This document shows, piece by piece, positions 35,038 through 46,165 of a DNA stretch of 48,107 bases; the first letter of the stretch is position 1; each line of letters begins with the position of its first letter. The DNA comes from a virus. The notes beneath the pieces are model-generated. The model had not been told where the DNA came from. It saw only the letters and a program-made list of their open reading frames with translations, and searched no databases. Position numbers and translations under genes: made by a program. The stretch lies in the UHGV virus genome UHGV-0209651; one strand, 5' to 3'.

Positions 35038-36984
35038 GTGTGGTGGTTTAAAAAGAAAGAAGTCGCCGCGCCTGAGCCGGCAAAAGAACCTGAAGCACCG
35101 ATGGTCGGGATCAGGCCCGAGGCCGTGGCCGAAGTCCGCGCATTACCGAAAAGAGAGTTTCAGCGCTACGAGCCGCCGAAAGGGGTGATCCCCGAGGCTA
35201 TCAAAAGCGCCATTCTGGCAATGGACTCCACGCCTTACGATGCTCTCAATGCTGCATATGGCGGTTACGGCTACGGCGACTTTGATAGCTTTCCCGGCTA
35301 CCCGTATCTGGCCACGCTGGCGCAGAAGCCTGAATATCGCAAGATGGTCGGCACCATCGCGGAAGAAATGACCCGCAAATGGATAAAGCTCAAAACTGTC
35401 GGCGATGAAGACAAGGCGGATCGGGTAAGAAAACTTGAAGAGGCCATGAAGCGGTTTAAGGTGCGCGAGCGCTTTAAAGAAGCCGCAGAACACGATGGCT
35501 ACTTTGGCGGCGGCCAGATTTACATCGACGTTCGTTCTCCGCGGGGAATCTCCGCATGGATGGATGACAACGAACTGCAATCGAAGCTCTTCATGAGCGA
35601 CAAGAAGATCACGAAAGGCAGCCTGCAGGGGTTCAGGGTCATCGAGCCCATCTGGACCTATCCGGGGATTTATAACTCCGACAACCCGCTGAGCCCGGAT
35701 TTCTACAAGCCGACGCAGTGGTTTGTCATGGGCCGGACCGTACATGCAAGCCGGATGATTGATTTCGTCTCGCGGCAGGTACCTGATCTGCTGAAAGCAT
35801 CGTATAACTTCCGCGGACTGTCTCTCTCGCAGATTGCTGAGCCATACGTCAATAACTGGCTTCGCACCCGCGACAGCGTCAGCGACATGATTCACTCGTT
35901 CTCTGTTCCGGTAATCGGAACAAATATGAGCACGATTCTGCAGGGTGGGGCGGCAGATGGCCTTCTGGCAAGGCTTGATGTCTTCAACCGATGCCGTGAT
36001 AACCGTGGCGCATTCGCAAAAGACAACAACCCTACCCAGCCAGAAACGGTTGAGTTCGTTAACGCCCCGCTTAACGGCCTTGATGCCCTGCAGGCACAGT
36101 CGCAAGAGCACATGTCTGCGGTTTCGAGCATCCCGCTCGTCAAGCTGCTGGGCATTACTCCAAATGGCCTTAACGCAACGTCTGACGGCGAAATCCGCGT
36201 TTTCTACGACTACATTCACGCCCTGCAGCAGTCTGTTTTTAAAGACAACCTGAAGCGCGTGATGGACATCATTCAGCTCTCTGAGTTTGGCGACATTGAC
36301 GATGGCATAACCTTCGACTTTGAGCCGCTGTACGAAATGAGCGCTAAAGAGCGGGCGGAAATTCGCAAAGTAGACGCTGACACGGACGCTGTCTATGTGG
36401 CCGCCAGCGTGCTATCTGGCAATGAAGTCCGCGAAAAAATTGCCGGTGATCCGGATTCGCCCTATCACTCTCTGGACCTGAATGATGACCTCGAAATCGA
36501 AGACGACTACGACGAAGAGGAAGAGCCCACCGTGACAGCTAATGACTCGAATCAGATGAATGGGTATGCAAGTGTCAAGCCCGATGCAGAAACGGCGTCT
36601 GCCATATATTCGCACCTTGAATCTCTTGGCATAAATAATTTAATCGCCCCGAGTGACATGCATGTAACGCTCATGTACTCACGCAACAAGCCAATCACGG
36701 TAGATGCTGACCCTGTTAGGGTTTATGAGGCACAAATTAGTGGCGATGTCGAAATTATGGGCAAGGAGCCTTGGCGAGCCTTGGTTATGCATCTTGAAAG
36801 CCCTGACCTGCAAAAGCGTTTTGCGGAGCTGAAGGCCTCTGGTGCAGAACATTCATACCCAGAATATCGCGCTCATCTTTCCATTAAATACAACCCCGAA
36901 AATGACGACTTGCAAAAGCTGAAAGATACTCCGCTACCCATCAAGGTTATTCGTCTAGATGGAGAGGAGTTTAAGCCAATATAG
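35038..36984 (+). CDS. portal protein (DUF1073-like) fused through an acidic linker to a C-terminal 2H-phosphoesterase-like domain
   Basis: GTG start after AGGAG. 648 aa. The body is portal-like by position and composition. The last ~145 aa carry HVTL (nt 36661-36672) and HLSI (nt 36874-36885) 71 residues apart. Confidence 0.7.
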   Translation: MWWFKKKEVAAPEPAKEPEAPMVGIRPEAVAEVRALPKREFQRYEPPKGVIPEAIKSAILAMDSTPYDALNAAYGGYGYGDFDSFPGYPYLATLAQKPEYRKMVGTIAEEMTRKWIKLKTVGDEDKADRVRKLEEAMKRFKVRERFKEAAEHDGYFGGGQIYIDVRSPRGISAWMDDNELQSKLFMSDKKITKGSLQGFRVIEPIWTYPGIYNSDNPLSPDFYKPTQWFVMGRTVHASRMIDFVSRQVPDLLKASYNFRGLSLSQIAEPYVNNWLRTRDSVSDMIHSFSVPVIGTNMSTILQGGAADGLLARLDVFNRCRDNRGAFAKDNNPTQPETVEFVNAPLNGLDALQAQSQEHMSAVSSIPLVKLLGITPNGLNATSDGEIRVFYDYIHALQQSVFKDNLKRVMDIIQLSEFGDIDDGITFDFEPLYEMSAKERAEIRKVDADTDAVYVAASVLSGNEVREKIAGDPDSPYHSLDLNDDLEIEDDYDEEEEPTVTANDSNQMNGYASVKPDAETASAIYSHLESLGINNLIAPSDMHVTLMYSRNKPITVDADPVRVYEAQISGDVEIMGKEPWRALVMHLESPDLQKRFAELKASGAEHSYPEYRAHLSIKYNPENDDLQKLKDTPLPIKVIRLDGEEFKPI

Positions 36985-36993
36985 GAATTCCTG

Positions 36994-37791
36994 ATGACCG
37001 GAAAGAAAAAACCAAAAACTATCCGGCCTATCAGGCCTAACGCTGGCGTCGAAGCATGGTACCGCCGACAGCTTGATAAGCAGGTGCAGGAAATGCAGGC
37101 ATCTGTTGTCTACTGGCTGTCAGCAAACTATCGAGCCAGCGGCGCGGCTGTCGCCATGGATGCATCACCTGCAGTGATGATGCGTAATGCCATGCAGAAA
37201 CTGGCTAAGCGCTGGACGCGGCGGTTTGATGACATGGCGCAAAAGCTGGCCGACAGGTTCGCTAACGACGCCATGAAAAACGCGGATGCTTCACTGGTCA
37301 CAGCCTTCAAAGATGCGGGGTTTACTGTCGAGTTCAAGATGACCTCGCAGATGAATAACGCTCTTCAGGCGACCATCGCCGAGAATGTCGGCCTTATCCG
37401 ATCCATACCCGAGAAGTATTTCACCGAGGTGGAAGGGCTGGTTATGCGGTCGGTAGCGCGTGGGCGCGACTTGTCCTATCTCACCGATGAACTCCAGAAG
37501 CGATACGGGATTACCCGGCGCCGTGCGGCGTTCATTGCCCGAGATCAGAACAACAAGGCCACCTCAGTCGTTCAGTCTGCTCGACAGCAGGCGCTCGGCA
37601 TTACCCAGGGTATATGGAAGCACTCCCATGCAGGCAAAAAGCCTCGCCAGTCCCATGTGAAAGCTAATGGCAAGATGTTCGACCTCTCGGAAGGAATGCT
37701 CATTGATGGCGAGCACATCATGCCAGGCGAGTTACCAAATTGTCGTTGCACCTGGGAGGCTGTCATTCCAGGGCTTTCAAAACAGGATTGA
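36994..37791 (+). CDS. head morphogenesis protein (SPP1 gp7 / Mu F-like)
   Basis: 265 aa with the C-terminal ...PNCRCT... motif typical of this family. Confidence 0.75.
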   Translation: MTGKKKPKTIRPIRPNAGVEAWYRRQLDKQVQEMQASVVYWLSANYRASGAAVAMDASPAVMMRNAMQKLAKRWTRRFDDMAQKLADRFANDAMKNADASLVTAFKDAGFTVEFKMTSQMNNALQATIAENVGLIRSIPEKYFTEVEGLVMRSVARGRDLSYLTDELQKRYGITRRRAAFIARDQNNKATSVVQSARQQALGITQGIWKHSHAGKKPRQSHVKANGKMFDLSEGMLIDGEHIMPGELPNCRCTWEAVIPGLSKQD

Positions 37792-38964
<1,173 letters not shown>

Positions 38965-38965
38965 C

Positions 38966-39448
38966 ATGGCAGGTTTTCAGACACGAATTAACCAGTATCC
39001 GGCCCCCGGCGTCGAAGGGGCCTTTGCTGGCACCAACCCTCACGCGACCTATCAGGCTGGCGAGGGCGCTCTGGTTGCTGGCGAGGATGGCCTGACTGTC
39101 GGCCGCTTCGCCTGGGATGTTGACGGTGTGGCTTCCAATGCCGGTAGCGGTGTTCCGTCTGGCTTTGTCCATCGTGATGGTCAGGCCTCGATCACCGTTT
39201 GGCTGGGTCAGGCATCCATGCTTATCCAGCCCGGCCGCGAAATCACCCTGATGGTAGCCGGTGACTTCTGGGCCAAAACGTCAACCGCTGCCACCCGCGG
39301 GCAGAAGGTTTTTGCATCCCTGACCACCGGTGAGGTGCAAGTTGCCGCAGCCGGCGCAACCGTGGCCGGTTTTATCGAGACTGCATTCTATGCCGCAAGC
39401 GATTGTGACGCTGGCGAGCTGGTCAAAATCAGCACCTGGAGCAAGTAA
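38966..39448 (+). CDS. capsid-associated protein (possible decoration/cement protein)
   Basis: 160 aa, Gly/Ala-rich, immediately upstream of the major capsid gene. Confidence 0.35.
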   Translation: MAGFQTRINQYPAPGVEGAFAGTNPHATYQAGEGALVAGEDGLTVGRFAWDVDGVASNAGSGVPSGFVHRDGQASITVWLGQASMLIQPGREITLMVAGDFWAKTSTAATRGQKVFASLTTGEVQVAAAGATVAGFIETAFYAASDCDAGELVKISTWSK

Positions 39449-40485
39449 TGAACGAATTTCAGCGACACTACGCCGCAGCCAGCGGGAAATATGGCATTGT
39501 GCTTCCCGGCGCGAAGGACTACCTGAAGCCGGAGTTTGCGGAGAATTTCGCGCTGGCGATGGATGCCCAGCCGCAAATGGTTACTGCGAATAACGCCGGT
39601 ATCCCGGCCTACTTCACGAACTACGTCGATCCGGAACTTATCCGCGTTCTCGTAACGCCGATGAAGGCTGCAGAGATTATCGGTGAAGTGAAAAAAGGCG
39701 ACTGGACGACGCTGACCTCGCAGTTCCCGATTGTCGAGTCGACTGGTGAAACCAGCGCTTACGGCGACTTCAACAACAACGGCATGACGTCCGCCAACGT
39801 CAACTGGGTACCGCGCCAGTCGTTCCATTATCAGACTCACACCCGCTGGGGTGAGCGCGAGCTGGACATGTACGGCGCCGGGCGTATCGGCTATGCCGCC
39901 GAGCTTAACGTGGCCTCTGCGCTTGTGCTGAACAAGTTCCAGAACAAGTCCTACTTCTACGGCATCGCCGGACTGGAAAACTATGGTCTGCTCAACGATC
40001 CGTCTCTGAGCGCTCCGGTGACGCCGGCGGCGACTGGTTCCGGCGGTAGCGTTACCTGGGCAACTAAAGACGGGCAAGCCGTATATGACGACATCTCCGG
40101 TCGCCTCTATAAGCAGCTGGTCTCTCAGACCAAAGGCCTCGTAGAGCGTACCGATCGCATGGTGCTCGGCATGTCGCCGGAAATGGAAGTCAACCTGACC
40201 AAGACGAACCAGTACAACGTGAACGTCACCGATCAGCTGAAGAAAAACTTCCCGAACATGCGTATCGAAACCGCTGTTGAATACAGCACCGACGCAGGCG
40301 AGCTTGTGCAACTGATTGTTGAGCGTCTGGGTGAGCAGGACACCGCTTACGCAGCGTTCACCGAGAAGATGCGCGCCCACGCTGTCGTGGTGGAAGAGTC
40401 TTCCTGGCGGCAGAAAAAATCCGGTGGCACCTGGGGTGCAATCATTCGTCAACCGCTGGGCATTGCCAGCATGATCGGGGTGTAA
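39448..40485 (+). CDS. major capsid protein
   Basis: 345 aa. Follows the scaffold and decoration genes, with high expression signals. Composition typical of a DUF2184-type major capsid protein. Confidence 0.7.
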   Translation: MNEFQRHYAAASGKYGIVLPGAKDYLKPEFAENFALAMDAQPQMVTANNAGIPAYFTNYVDPELIRVLVTPMKAAEIIGEVKKGDWTTLTSQFPIVESTGETSAYGDFNNNGMTSANVNWVPRQSFHYQTHTRWGERELDMYGAGRIGYAAELNVASALVLNKFQNKSYFYGIAGLENYGLLNDPSLSAPVTPAATGSGGSVTWATKDGQAVYDDISGRLYKQLVSQTKGLVERTDRMVLGMSPEMEVNLTKTNQYNVNVTDQLKKNFPNMRIETAVEYSTDAGELVQLIVERLGEQDTAYAAFTEKMRAHAVVVEESSWRQKKSGGTWGAIIRQPLGIASMIGV

Positions 40486-40486
40486 C

Positions 40487-40813
40487 ATGGCCGAAACAGT
40501 AACTGTAGGATGCAAACTGCCGAACGGCCTGATCCTGGAGCAGGGCGGGTACAAAGTGGAGCTTAACGGCTCCAACTCCTCTATCGTTGTCGGCGGCTAC
40601 GGCCTGACCGAAAACGTGGACAAGGAAGCCTTTGAGGCGTGGCTGGCAGTACATGCTGATCAGCCCTACGTTCGCAAAGAGCTGGTGTTTGCCCAGGCGA
40701 AAACCAGCAGCGCCCAGGCGAAAGCGAATGAAAACGCTTCGGAGAAAACTGGTCTGGAAGGACTGGATCAGAACAACCCGGCTCCGGGCATTGAGAAGGC
40801 GGACAAAAAATAA
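40487..40813 (+). CDS. hypothetical head protein
   Basis: 108-aa ORF. Confidence 0.45.
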   Translation: MAETVTVGCKLPNGLILEQGGYKVELNGSNSSIVVGGYGLTENVDKEAFEAWLAVHADQPYVRKELVFAQAKTSSAQAKANENASEKTGLEGLDQNNPAPGIEKADKK

Positions 40814-41256
40814 TGGCGATCGTTGTCTTTGATGTTGCCGCATTTCGTGAGCGTTATCCGGAGTTCGATGCCGTAAGTAATACGCTGCTTAATGCGTACT
40901 TCACGGAGGCAACGATTTACCTGAATAACACGGACAGCAGCCCGGTAAAAGATATCTCTATCCGGGCTCTTTTCCTGAACATGCTGGTTGCGCACATTGC
41001 GGCGCTAAATTCAGGCGTAAACGGCGAAAAGGCTTCTGGTCTGGTTGGCCGTGTGGCAAGCGCATCGGAGGGGTCAGTGTCAGTATCAACTGATGCAGGG
41101 CCCTCAAGCGAAAGCTCCTGGTGGTATAAGCAGACTACTTACGGGTCAGCTTACTGGGAGGCCACAAAGCCTTACAGGACCGGGTTTTATGTCCCTGGCT
41201 CATCCCCTTCGATGTACCCTGGCCATTATAACCGTCGTTCATTCATCCGGAGGTAG
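40813..41256 (+). CDS. putative head-tail connector/completion protein
   Basis: 147-aa ORF in the expected position. Confidence 0.4.
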   Translation: MAIVVFDVAAFRERYPEFDAVSNTLLNAYFTEATIYLNNTDSSPVKDISIRALFLNMLVAHIAALNSGVNGEKASGLVGRVASASEGSVSVSTDAGPSSESSWWYKQTTYGSAYWEATKPYRTGFYVPGSSPSMYPGHYNRRSFIRR

Positions 41257-41258
41257 CT

Positions 41259-41822
41259 ATGGATGGAATGTCAGGCGGCGATAAGCTGATGGAGCATCTG
41301 CAGTCTATCGCAAAGGGGTTGTCCTCTGGCGATGATTTGAAGGTGGGGTTCCTGGAGGGGGCTAAGTACCCAGACGGGACGCCGGTAGCACTTGTGGCAG
41401 CCACCAACGAATTTGGCGGCACTGTAAAAATCCCGGCGCATACCCGGGATTTGAACTTTTACGTTCGCCGTGACGGTGTTTCTCGCTTCGCAAAGCCATC
41501 AAAGGCCAATTTCGCGCAGTCAGTAATGATACCCGAGCATATCGTTACGATCCCATCCCGGCCGTACTTCAGGAAGACTATTTCTGAACATGGTCCGGAG
41601 TGGGGCGGAGAGCTCGGGAAACTCATGAAGGCAAACGATTTTGACGCCCGCAAAAGCCTGGCGCTGATGGGGGAGCGGATCAAGGGGCAGATTCAGTCGT
41701 CAATCATCGCTTTTTCTGAGCCGCCGAACGCAAAAAGCACGGTCGACAAAAAAGGGTTTAATGACCCGTTAATCGACTCGGCCCACATGCTGAACTCGGT
41801 CGACTACGAGGTGAAAGAGTGA
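41259..41822 (+). CDS. hypothetical morphogenesis protein
   Basis: 187-aa ORF. Confidence 0.4.
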   Translation: MDGMSGGDKLMEHLQSIAKGLSSGDDLKVGFLEGAKYPDGTPVALVAATNEFGGTVKIPAHTRDLNFYVRRDGVSRFAKPSKANFAQSVMIPEHIVTIPSRPYFRKTISEHGPEWGGELGKLMKANDFDARKSLALMGERIKGQIQSSIIAFSEPPNAKSTVDKKGFNDPLIDSAHMLNSVDYEVKE

Positions 41823-42187
41823 ATCTTCATTCCATAGTGCGAAGCGCCATTAGCGCGGTTAATCCTCGCGTCGAGGCGCAGATTTACCGCTCGATCGGAC
41901 CAATCAAAAACCCGGATTACTCGACTTCTCCTGGCTTCGCGCCGCCGGTAACGATGATGGTGCAAAAGCAGGCGCTGAGTCAGGCTGATATCAGGCACAT
42001 GGATAACATGAATATCCAGGGTGTGCTGGTCAGTATCTGGACGGATGGCAACTGGTGCGGGATTAACAGGGATCGGCAGCAGGGCGGCGATAAGTTCGTT
42101 ATCGGCAATGAAACGTGGCTGGTCGTGGATGTGCCTGAAATCTGGCCGGACTGGACGAGGGTTATCGCATGTCAACAATTGACGTAG
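41819..42187 (+). CDS. hypothetical morphogenesis protein
   Basis: 122 aa, overlapping its neighbours. Confidence 0.4.
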   Translation: MNLHSIVRSAISAVNPRVEAQIYRSIGPIKNPDYSTSPGFAPPVTMMVQKQALSQADIRHMDNMNIQGVLVSIWTDGNWCGINRDRQQGGDKFVIGNETWLVVDVPEIWPDWTRVIACQQLT

Positions 42188-42720
42188 GCCTGCAGGTCAC
42201 TGAAAGCGATCTGTTTAAGGCGACTGGCGATTTCCTTTCTGTCCTCTTCCCGGATTCAGAGATCACGCAGACTCAGCAAAATCATACCCCCATGCCGAAA
42301 GGCGGTTTCATTACTATGACGCCGCTTTTTCTGACGGACCTCTCAACCAGTGCTGTCAATTACGAGTATGACGGCGTTAGCGATTACGGGCGGGCAGAAC
42401 TTTGCCGCGTTGATGAATGGCAATGTCAGCTCGATTTCTACGGAGATCAGGCGCAAAACAATGCCACCATCTTTTCGCGCATTGCCCGCTCCGAATTCGC
42501 ATGCACCTGGTTCAGGGAAAACGCAAATGTCCTGGTACCGCTTTATTCCGGCCCCCCGCGGCAAACCTCGATGATCAACGGCGAGAAACAGTGGGAATCC
42601 CGCTGGACGCTTGAATTCCACGCAAACCCGCTGATTGTCGTCAGCGTTCCTCAGCAGTTTATGACAGGCGCAGATGTGATATCGCAGCCGGTCGACGTGA
42701 GATTTCCTCCGGAGAAATAA
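42169..42720 (+). CDS. hypothetical tail-completion-like protein
   Basis: 183 aa, immediately before the sheath gene. Confidence 0.4.
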   Translation: MSTIDVGLQVTESDLFKATGDFLSVLFPDSEITQTQQNHTPMPKGGFITMTPLFLTDLSTSAVNYEYDGVSDYGRAELCRVDEWQCQLDFYGDQAQNNATIFSRIARSEFACTWFRENANVLVPLYSGPPRQTSMINGEKQWESRWTLEFHANPLIVVSVPQQFMTGADVISQPVDVRFPPEK

Positions 42721-42723
42721 TAA

Positions 42724-44205
42724 ATGGCAATTTCGCTATCAAAAATCGCCCAGATGCTTCCCGGCGTACTGAAGGCGACAGGGACAGCTATTGATCTCAA
42801 TGGCCTGTTCCTGACCGACAGCGCATACGCGCCGGTTGGTGCAGTACCCTCATTTTCCAGTGCGGATGAGGTAAAGGCGTACTTCGGCAGCGCGTCGATT
42901 GAGTACACCGCCGCGGTGCTGTATTTCGCCGCATTCACCGGTAAAACACAGATGCCTGGCAAGCTGTATTTTAGCCGATTCAATACCGCAGCAGTGGCGG
43001 CATTCCTTCGTTCCGGATCGCACGCCGCGACCACGCTGGCACAGCTCAAGTTGCTTTCGGGTACGCTGACTCTGACCGTTGACGGTACGGAGGAGACTTC
43101 TGCGGCTATCAACCTCAGCGGTGCCACCAGTTTTGATAACGCGGCGGAGCTGATTGAAACCGGCATTGGCTCCTCGGTTGTAGTGACCTGGGATAGCGTG
43201 CTGAAGAAATTCATCATCACCTCTGCCACCACAGGCGTGGATAGCACCATTACCTTTGCCGATGAAGGTACGCTGGCCACAGGTCTGAAACTGACCGAAG
43301 CGACCGGCGCGGTGATCTCTCAGGGTGCGGCGCCGGCAGTGGTTGACGATATCTTTACTGCCATTCTGGCCAAAGAGCAGGACTGGGTAACATTCTCCAC
43401 GACGTTCGCTGTCACCAAAGACCAGGCTAATGCGTTTGCTCTCTGGACAAACAGCCAGAACCACCGCTTTGCCTATGTCCCATGGGACGCATCAGGAACG
43501 GCAATCGTGGCGGGCAGCTCGAATGCACTGGTGTACGACATCATCAACACCTACGCCTATAACGACATCTGCCCGGTGTATGGTTATCCGAACCACGCAG
43601 CAAACGCTATGGGGTTTGTGGCTGCGCTGAACTTCACGCAGGCCAATGGGCGCTGTTCTCTGAATGGTCGTCAGGTGTCCGGCCTGCTGCCGATGATCAG
43701 CAACGATACTGATTACGAGGCGGCTAAGGCCAACGGCTATAACTTCTACGGCAACTATGCCTCGAATGCGGTCGAAACCAACCAGTGGGCGCCTGGCTCT
43801 ATTACCGGTGATTATGCGTGGCTTGACGCCTGGGCTGGTCAGGTATGGGTAAATGCTCAGCTTCAGGCGGCTCTCGTTGCGCTGTTCCAGCAGGCGAGCA
43901 ATCTGCCTTACGCAGCAGCCGGGAAAGCTCGTATTGAGTCGTGCATGAAGCCGACCATTGAGCAATTCAGGGCATGGGGTGGCATGACTGCAGGCACCGA
44001 TCTTGACCAGTCGCAGATCGACCAGATTAACGCCATCGCTGGCGTCGATGTTACGGATTCGCTTCTGGCTGAAGGGTATTACGTCTATATCGGCCCGTTC
44101 ACCCCGGCAATGCGCGCCGCGCGTACCAAGCCAACGGTTTACTTCTGGTACACCGATGGCGGGATCATCCAGGGTATCACCGTTAACAGCGTGGAGGTGC
44201 AGTAA
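42724..44205 (+). CDS. tail sheath protein (DUF3383-like)
   Basis: 493 aa, followed by a 147-aa tube-like gene and a strong terminator. Confidence 0.7.
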   Translation: MAISLSKIAQMLPGVLKATGTAIDLNGLFLTDSAYAPVGAVPSFSSADEVKAYFGSASIEYTAAVLYFAAFTGKTQMPGKLYFSRFNTAAVAAFLRSGSHAATTLAQLKLLSGTLTLTVDGTEETSAAINLSGATSFDNAAELIETGIGSSVVVTWDSVLKKFIITSATTGVDSTITFADEGTLATGLKLTEATGAVISQGAAPAVVDDIFTAILAKEQDWVTFSTTFAVTKDQANAFALWTNSQNHRFAYVPWDASGTAIVAGSSNALVYDIINTYAYNDICPVYGYPNHAANAMGFVAALNFTQANGRCSLNGRQVSGLLPMISNDTDYEAAKANGYNFYGNYASNAVETNQWAPGSITGDYAWLDAWAGQVWVNAQLQAALVALFQQASNLPYAAAGKARIESCMKPTIEQFRAWGGMTAGTDLDQSQIDQINAIAGVDVTDSLLAEGYYVYIGPFTPAMRAARTKPTVYFWYTDGGIIQGITVNSVEVQ

Positions 44206-44648
44206 TGGCCGGTCAAAATATTACGTCGGCAGACGCCATCATTGAGCTGGTAATCGCTGAACTCTACCCATCCGGGTTTAACCTGGAGCAGTTCGAAGCG
44301 CAAAACATCTTCGAAATGGGTGATACCGACACGGCAGAGTACCAGCGTACTGCTGACGGTAAACTGCTGGGTGGTTTTGTTTATGGTGATCTGCCGTGGA
44401 CTTTCCATCTGGCGGCATCATCCCCGTCGATTAAGTACATCGACAACTGGCAAACCACGCAGATGACCACGCGGTCTGTGCTGCGTGTTAATGGGACGGT
44501 GATCCTGCCGTCGCTGGGCAAAAAGTACATCATGACCAACGGCATCCTGCAGCGTGCACGCCGCATGCCATCTGCCGGCCGTGTTCTTCAGCCGGTAACT
44601 GGACTCATCCAGTGGGAAACTGTTACCCCAGCAGACTACTCAGCATAA
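44205..44648 (+). CDS. tail tube protein
   Basis: 147 aa. ATG...TAA overlap with the sheath gene. Confidence 0.6.
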   Translation: MAGQNITSADAIIELVIAELYPSGFNLEQFEAQNIFEMGDTDTAEYQRTADGKLLGGFVYGDLPWTFHLAASSPSIKYIDNWQTTQMTTRSVLRVNGTVILPSLGKKYIMTNGILQRARRMPSAGRVLQPVTGLIQWETVTPADYSA

Positions 44649-44655
44649 AAAAATC

Positions 44656-44681
44656 AGCCCGGCTAAGTCCGGGCTTTTTTA
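44656..44681 (+). terminator. rho-independent terminator
   Basis: agcccgg-ctaagt-ccgggct followed by a T6 run. Confidence 0.85.
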
Positions 44682-44827
44682 TACCCGCAATACCCCGCGC
44701 TTCACACGCGCACATCACAACACAGAACCTTTCAGGATGACCCTTGAGGATACCGGTTTGGCTATCGGTGCCTTTCTGTGGGCCGGATTCCTGTGTGACA
44801 AGGTTCATCACTAAAAGGTAAGCCGAT

Positions 44828-45385
44828 ATGAAATATCCAACAGTAATTAATGGGTTAGACTTCCGCGATCTGATTTTTGTGGCCGATAACGACCCGGTAA
44901 CTGACTCGTTTATGGTGGCTAAGGCATTTGGAAAGCGTCCTGACAACGTTATTCGTGATATCGAAAAAACTATTAAGGCATGCCCTGAAGAGTTCGATAC
45001 AAAACTCAATTTTGAGGTTTGCTATAAAAACAATGAGTTGCAGAACGGAAAGCCGCAGAAGTTCTATCGCCTCCGCAAAGATGGATTGATGCTTCTGGTT
45101 ATGTCCTACACCAAAAAAGAGGCGATGCGTATCAAGATCGCCTACATCAACGCCTTCAACTGGATGTACGCGATGCTTCAGGTTGGGCGGCGCCAGTTTG
45201 AAGAAGAGCGTAACGCCGTCATGCTGGAGTTCCTGAAAGAGAAGGATGTTGCCAGTATGTCTGGTCGCCTGTTACGCCGGTGGGGGAAAGAGAAGAAGCC
45301 CCAGCTACTTTCACGCATTGAGCAACTGGACAAGCAAGGTCAGTTGGCATTGCCCGGTTTTCCTGGTGCGCTTACCGAATCATGA
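44828..45385 (+). CDS. Rha-family phage regulatory protein (moron within the tail operon)
   Basis: N-terminal ...LIFVADNDPVTDSFMVAKAFGKRPDNVIRDIE... resembles the Rha (Phage_pRha) domain. Lower GC. Flanked by terminators. Confidence 0.65.
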   Translation: MKYPTVINGLDFRDLIFVADNDPVTDSFMVAKAFGKRPDNVIRDIEKTIKACPEEFDTKLNFEVCYKNNELQNGKPQKFYRLRKDGLMLLVMSYTKKEAMRIKIAYINAFNWMYAMLQVGRRQFEEERNAVMLEFLKEKDVASMSGRLLRRWGKEKKPQLLSRIEQLDKQGQLALPGFPGALTES

Positions 45386-45435
45386 AAACCACAAATTCGT
45401 GGTTTTTGAATGGCCCACTACGGTGGGCTTTTTTA
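45385..45435 (+). terminator. tandem rho-independent terminators
   Basis: aaaaccac-aaattc-gtggtttt and gcccac-tacg-gtgggc followed by a T7 run. Confidence 0.8.
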
Positions 45436-45464
45436 TTGCCAGATAACTCATTCAGGAAACAAAA

Positions 45465-45941
45465 ATGGCTCGTAAAAGCATCGTATTCACGGTTGAAGCA
45501 GATAACCGTGACAAGGGTAAGCAGTTCAAAATCACCGAAATGCCGGCGAGAAAGGCCGAAGAGTGGGCGATCCGCCTGGCGTGTGCCGTGATTGGCGCCG
45601 GCGTTACCGTTCCCGACAATATGATGATGGCCATCGGTGCTGCGGTGGCGCCGGCCCCAGCCGAGGATAACGCAGAAGCTCGCGAGTTGTACGAAAGCGT
45701 GATGGCCAGCGGCATGGCCGGACTTGCTCAGTGGGGTATCACTTCACTGGCTAAAGTTCCATTCGAACAGTCAAAGCCCCTGCTTGATGAGTTGCTTGGC
45801 TGCGTGAAATTCCTCGGCGGTAACGGTATCGAGACAGCGCTTGTTGACGAAGGTCAGATCGAAGAAATCAGCACCTGGTCGCGCCTGAAAATCGAAGCCT
45901 TCAAACTCCATATCGCTTTTGTAGCAGCCACCGCAAGTTAG
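45465..45941 (+). CDS. tail assembly chaperone
   Basis: 158 aa, immediately upstream of the tape-measure gene. A -1-frame ORF extends its 3' end. Confidence 0.55.
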   Translation: MARKSIVFTVEADNRDKGKQFKITEMPARKAEEWAIRLACAVIGAGVTVPDNMMMAIGAAVAPAPAEDNAEARELYESVMASGMAGLAQWGITSLAKVPFEQSKPLLDELLGCVKFLGGNGIETALVDEGQIEEISTWSRLKIEAFKLHIAFVAATAS

Positions 45942-46165
45942 AAATCCCCTTATCCGTTCCTGAAGATTCAGATCGCGGCTTTATACAGTATGCGAATGTA
46001 CCGCGCACCATCGCCGCGGTGATCTCCGGGAAAATGGCGACACTCCACGAACTGGACACGGTGTACAGCGTTCAGGATATGTGGTGGCTAATTGAAATAA
46101 TGACCGTGGATAACACCAACAGAGCCATAGCAGCGGAGAGTGATCATGGCAGCAACGGTAATTGA
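45848..46165 (+). CDS. -1-frame ORF overlapping the chaperone 3' end (possible programmed-frameshift extension, G/GT-like)
   Basis: Open from 45848 to the TGA at 46163-46165. It overlaps the chaperone's last 94 nt and runs into the tape-measure start. No canonical XXXYYYZ slippery heptamer was identified. Confidence 0.3.
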   Translation, partial: RRSDRRNQHLVAPENRSLQTPYRFCSSHRKLEIPLSVPEDSDRGFIQYANVPRTIAAVISGKMATLHELDTVYSVQDMWWLIEIMTVDNTNRAIAAESDHGSNGN

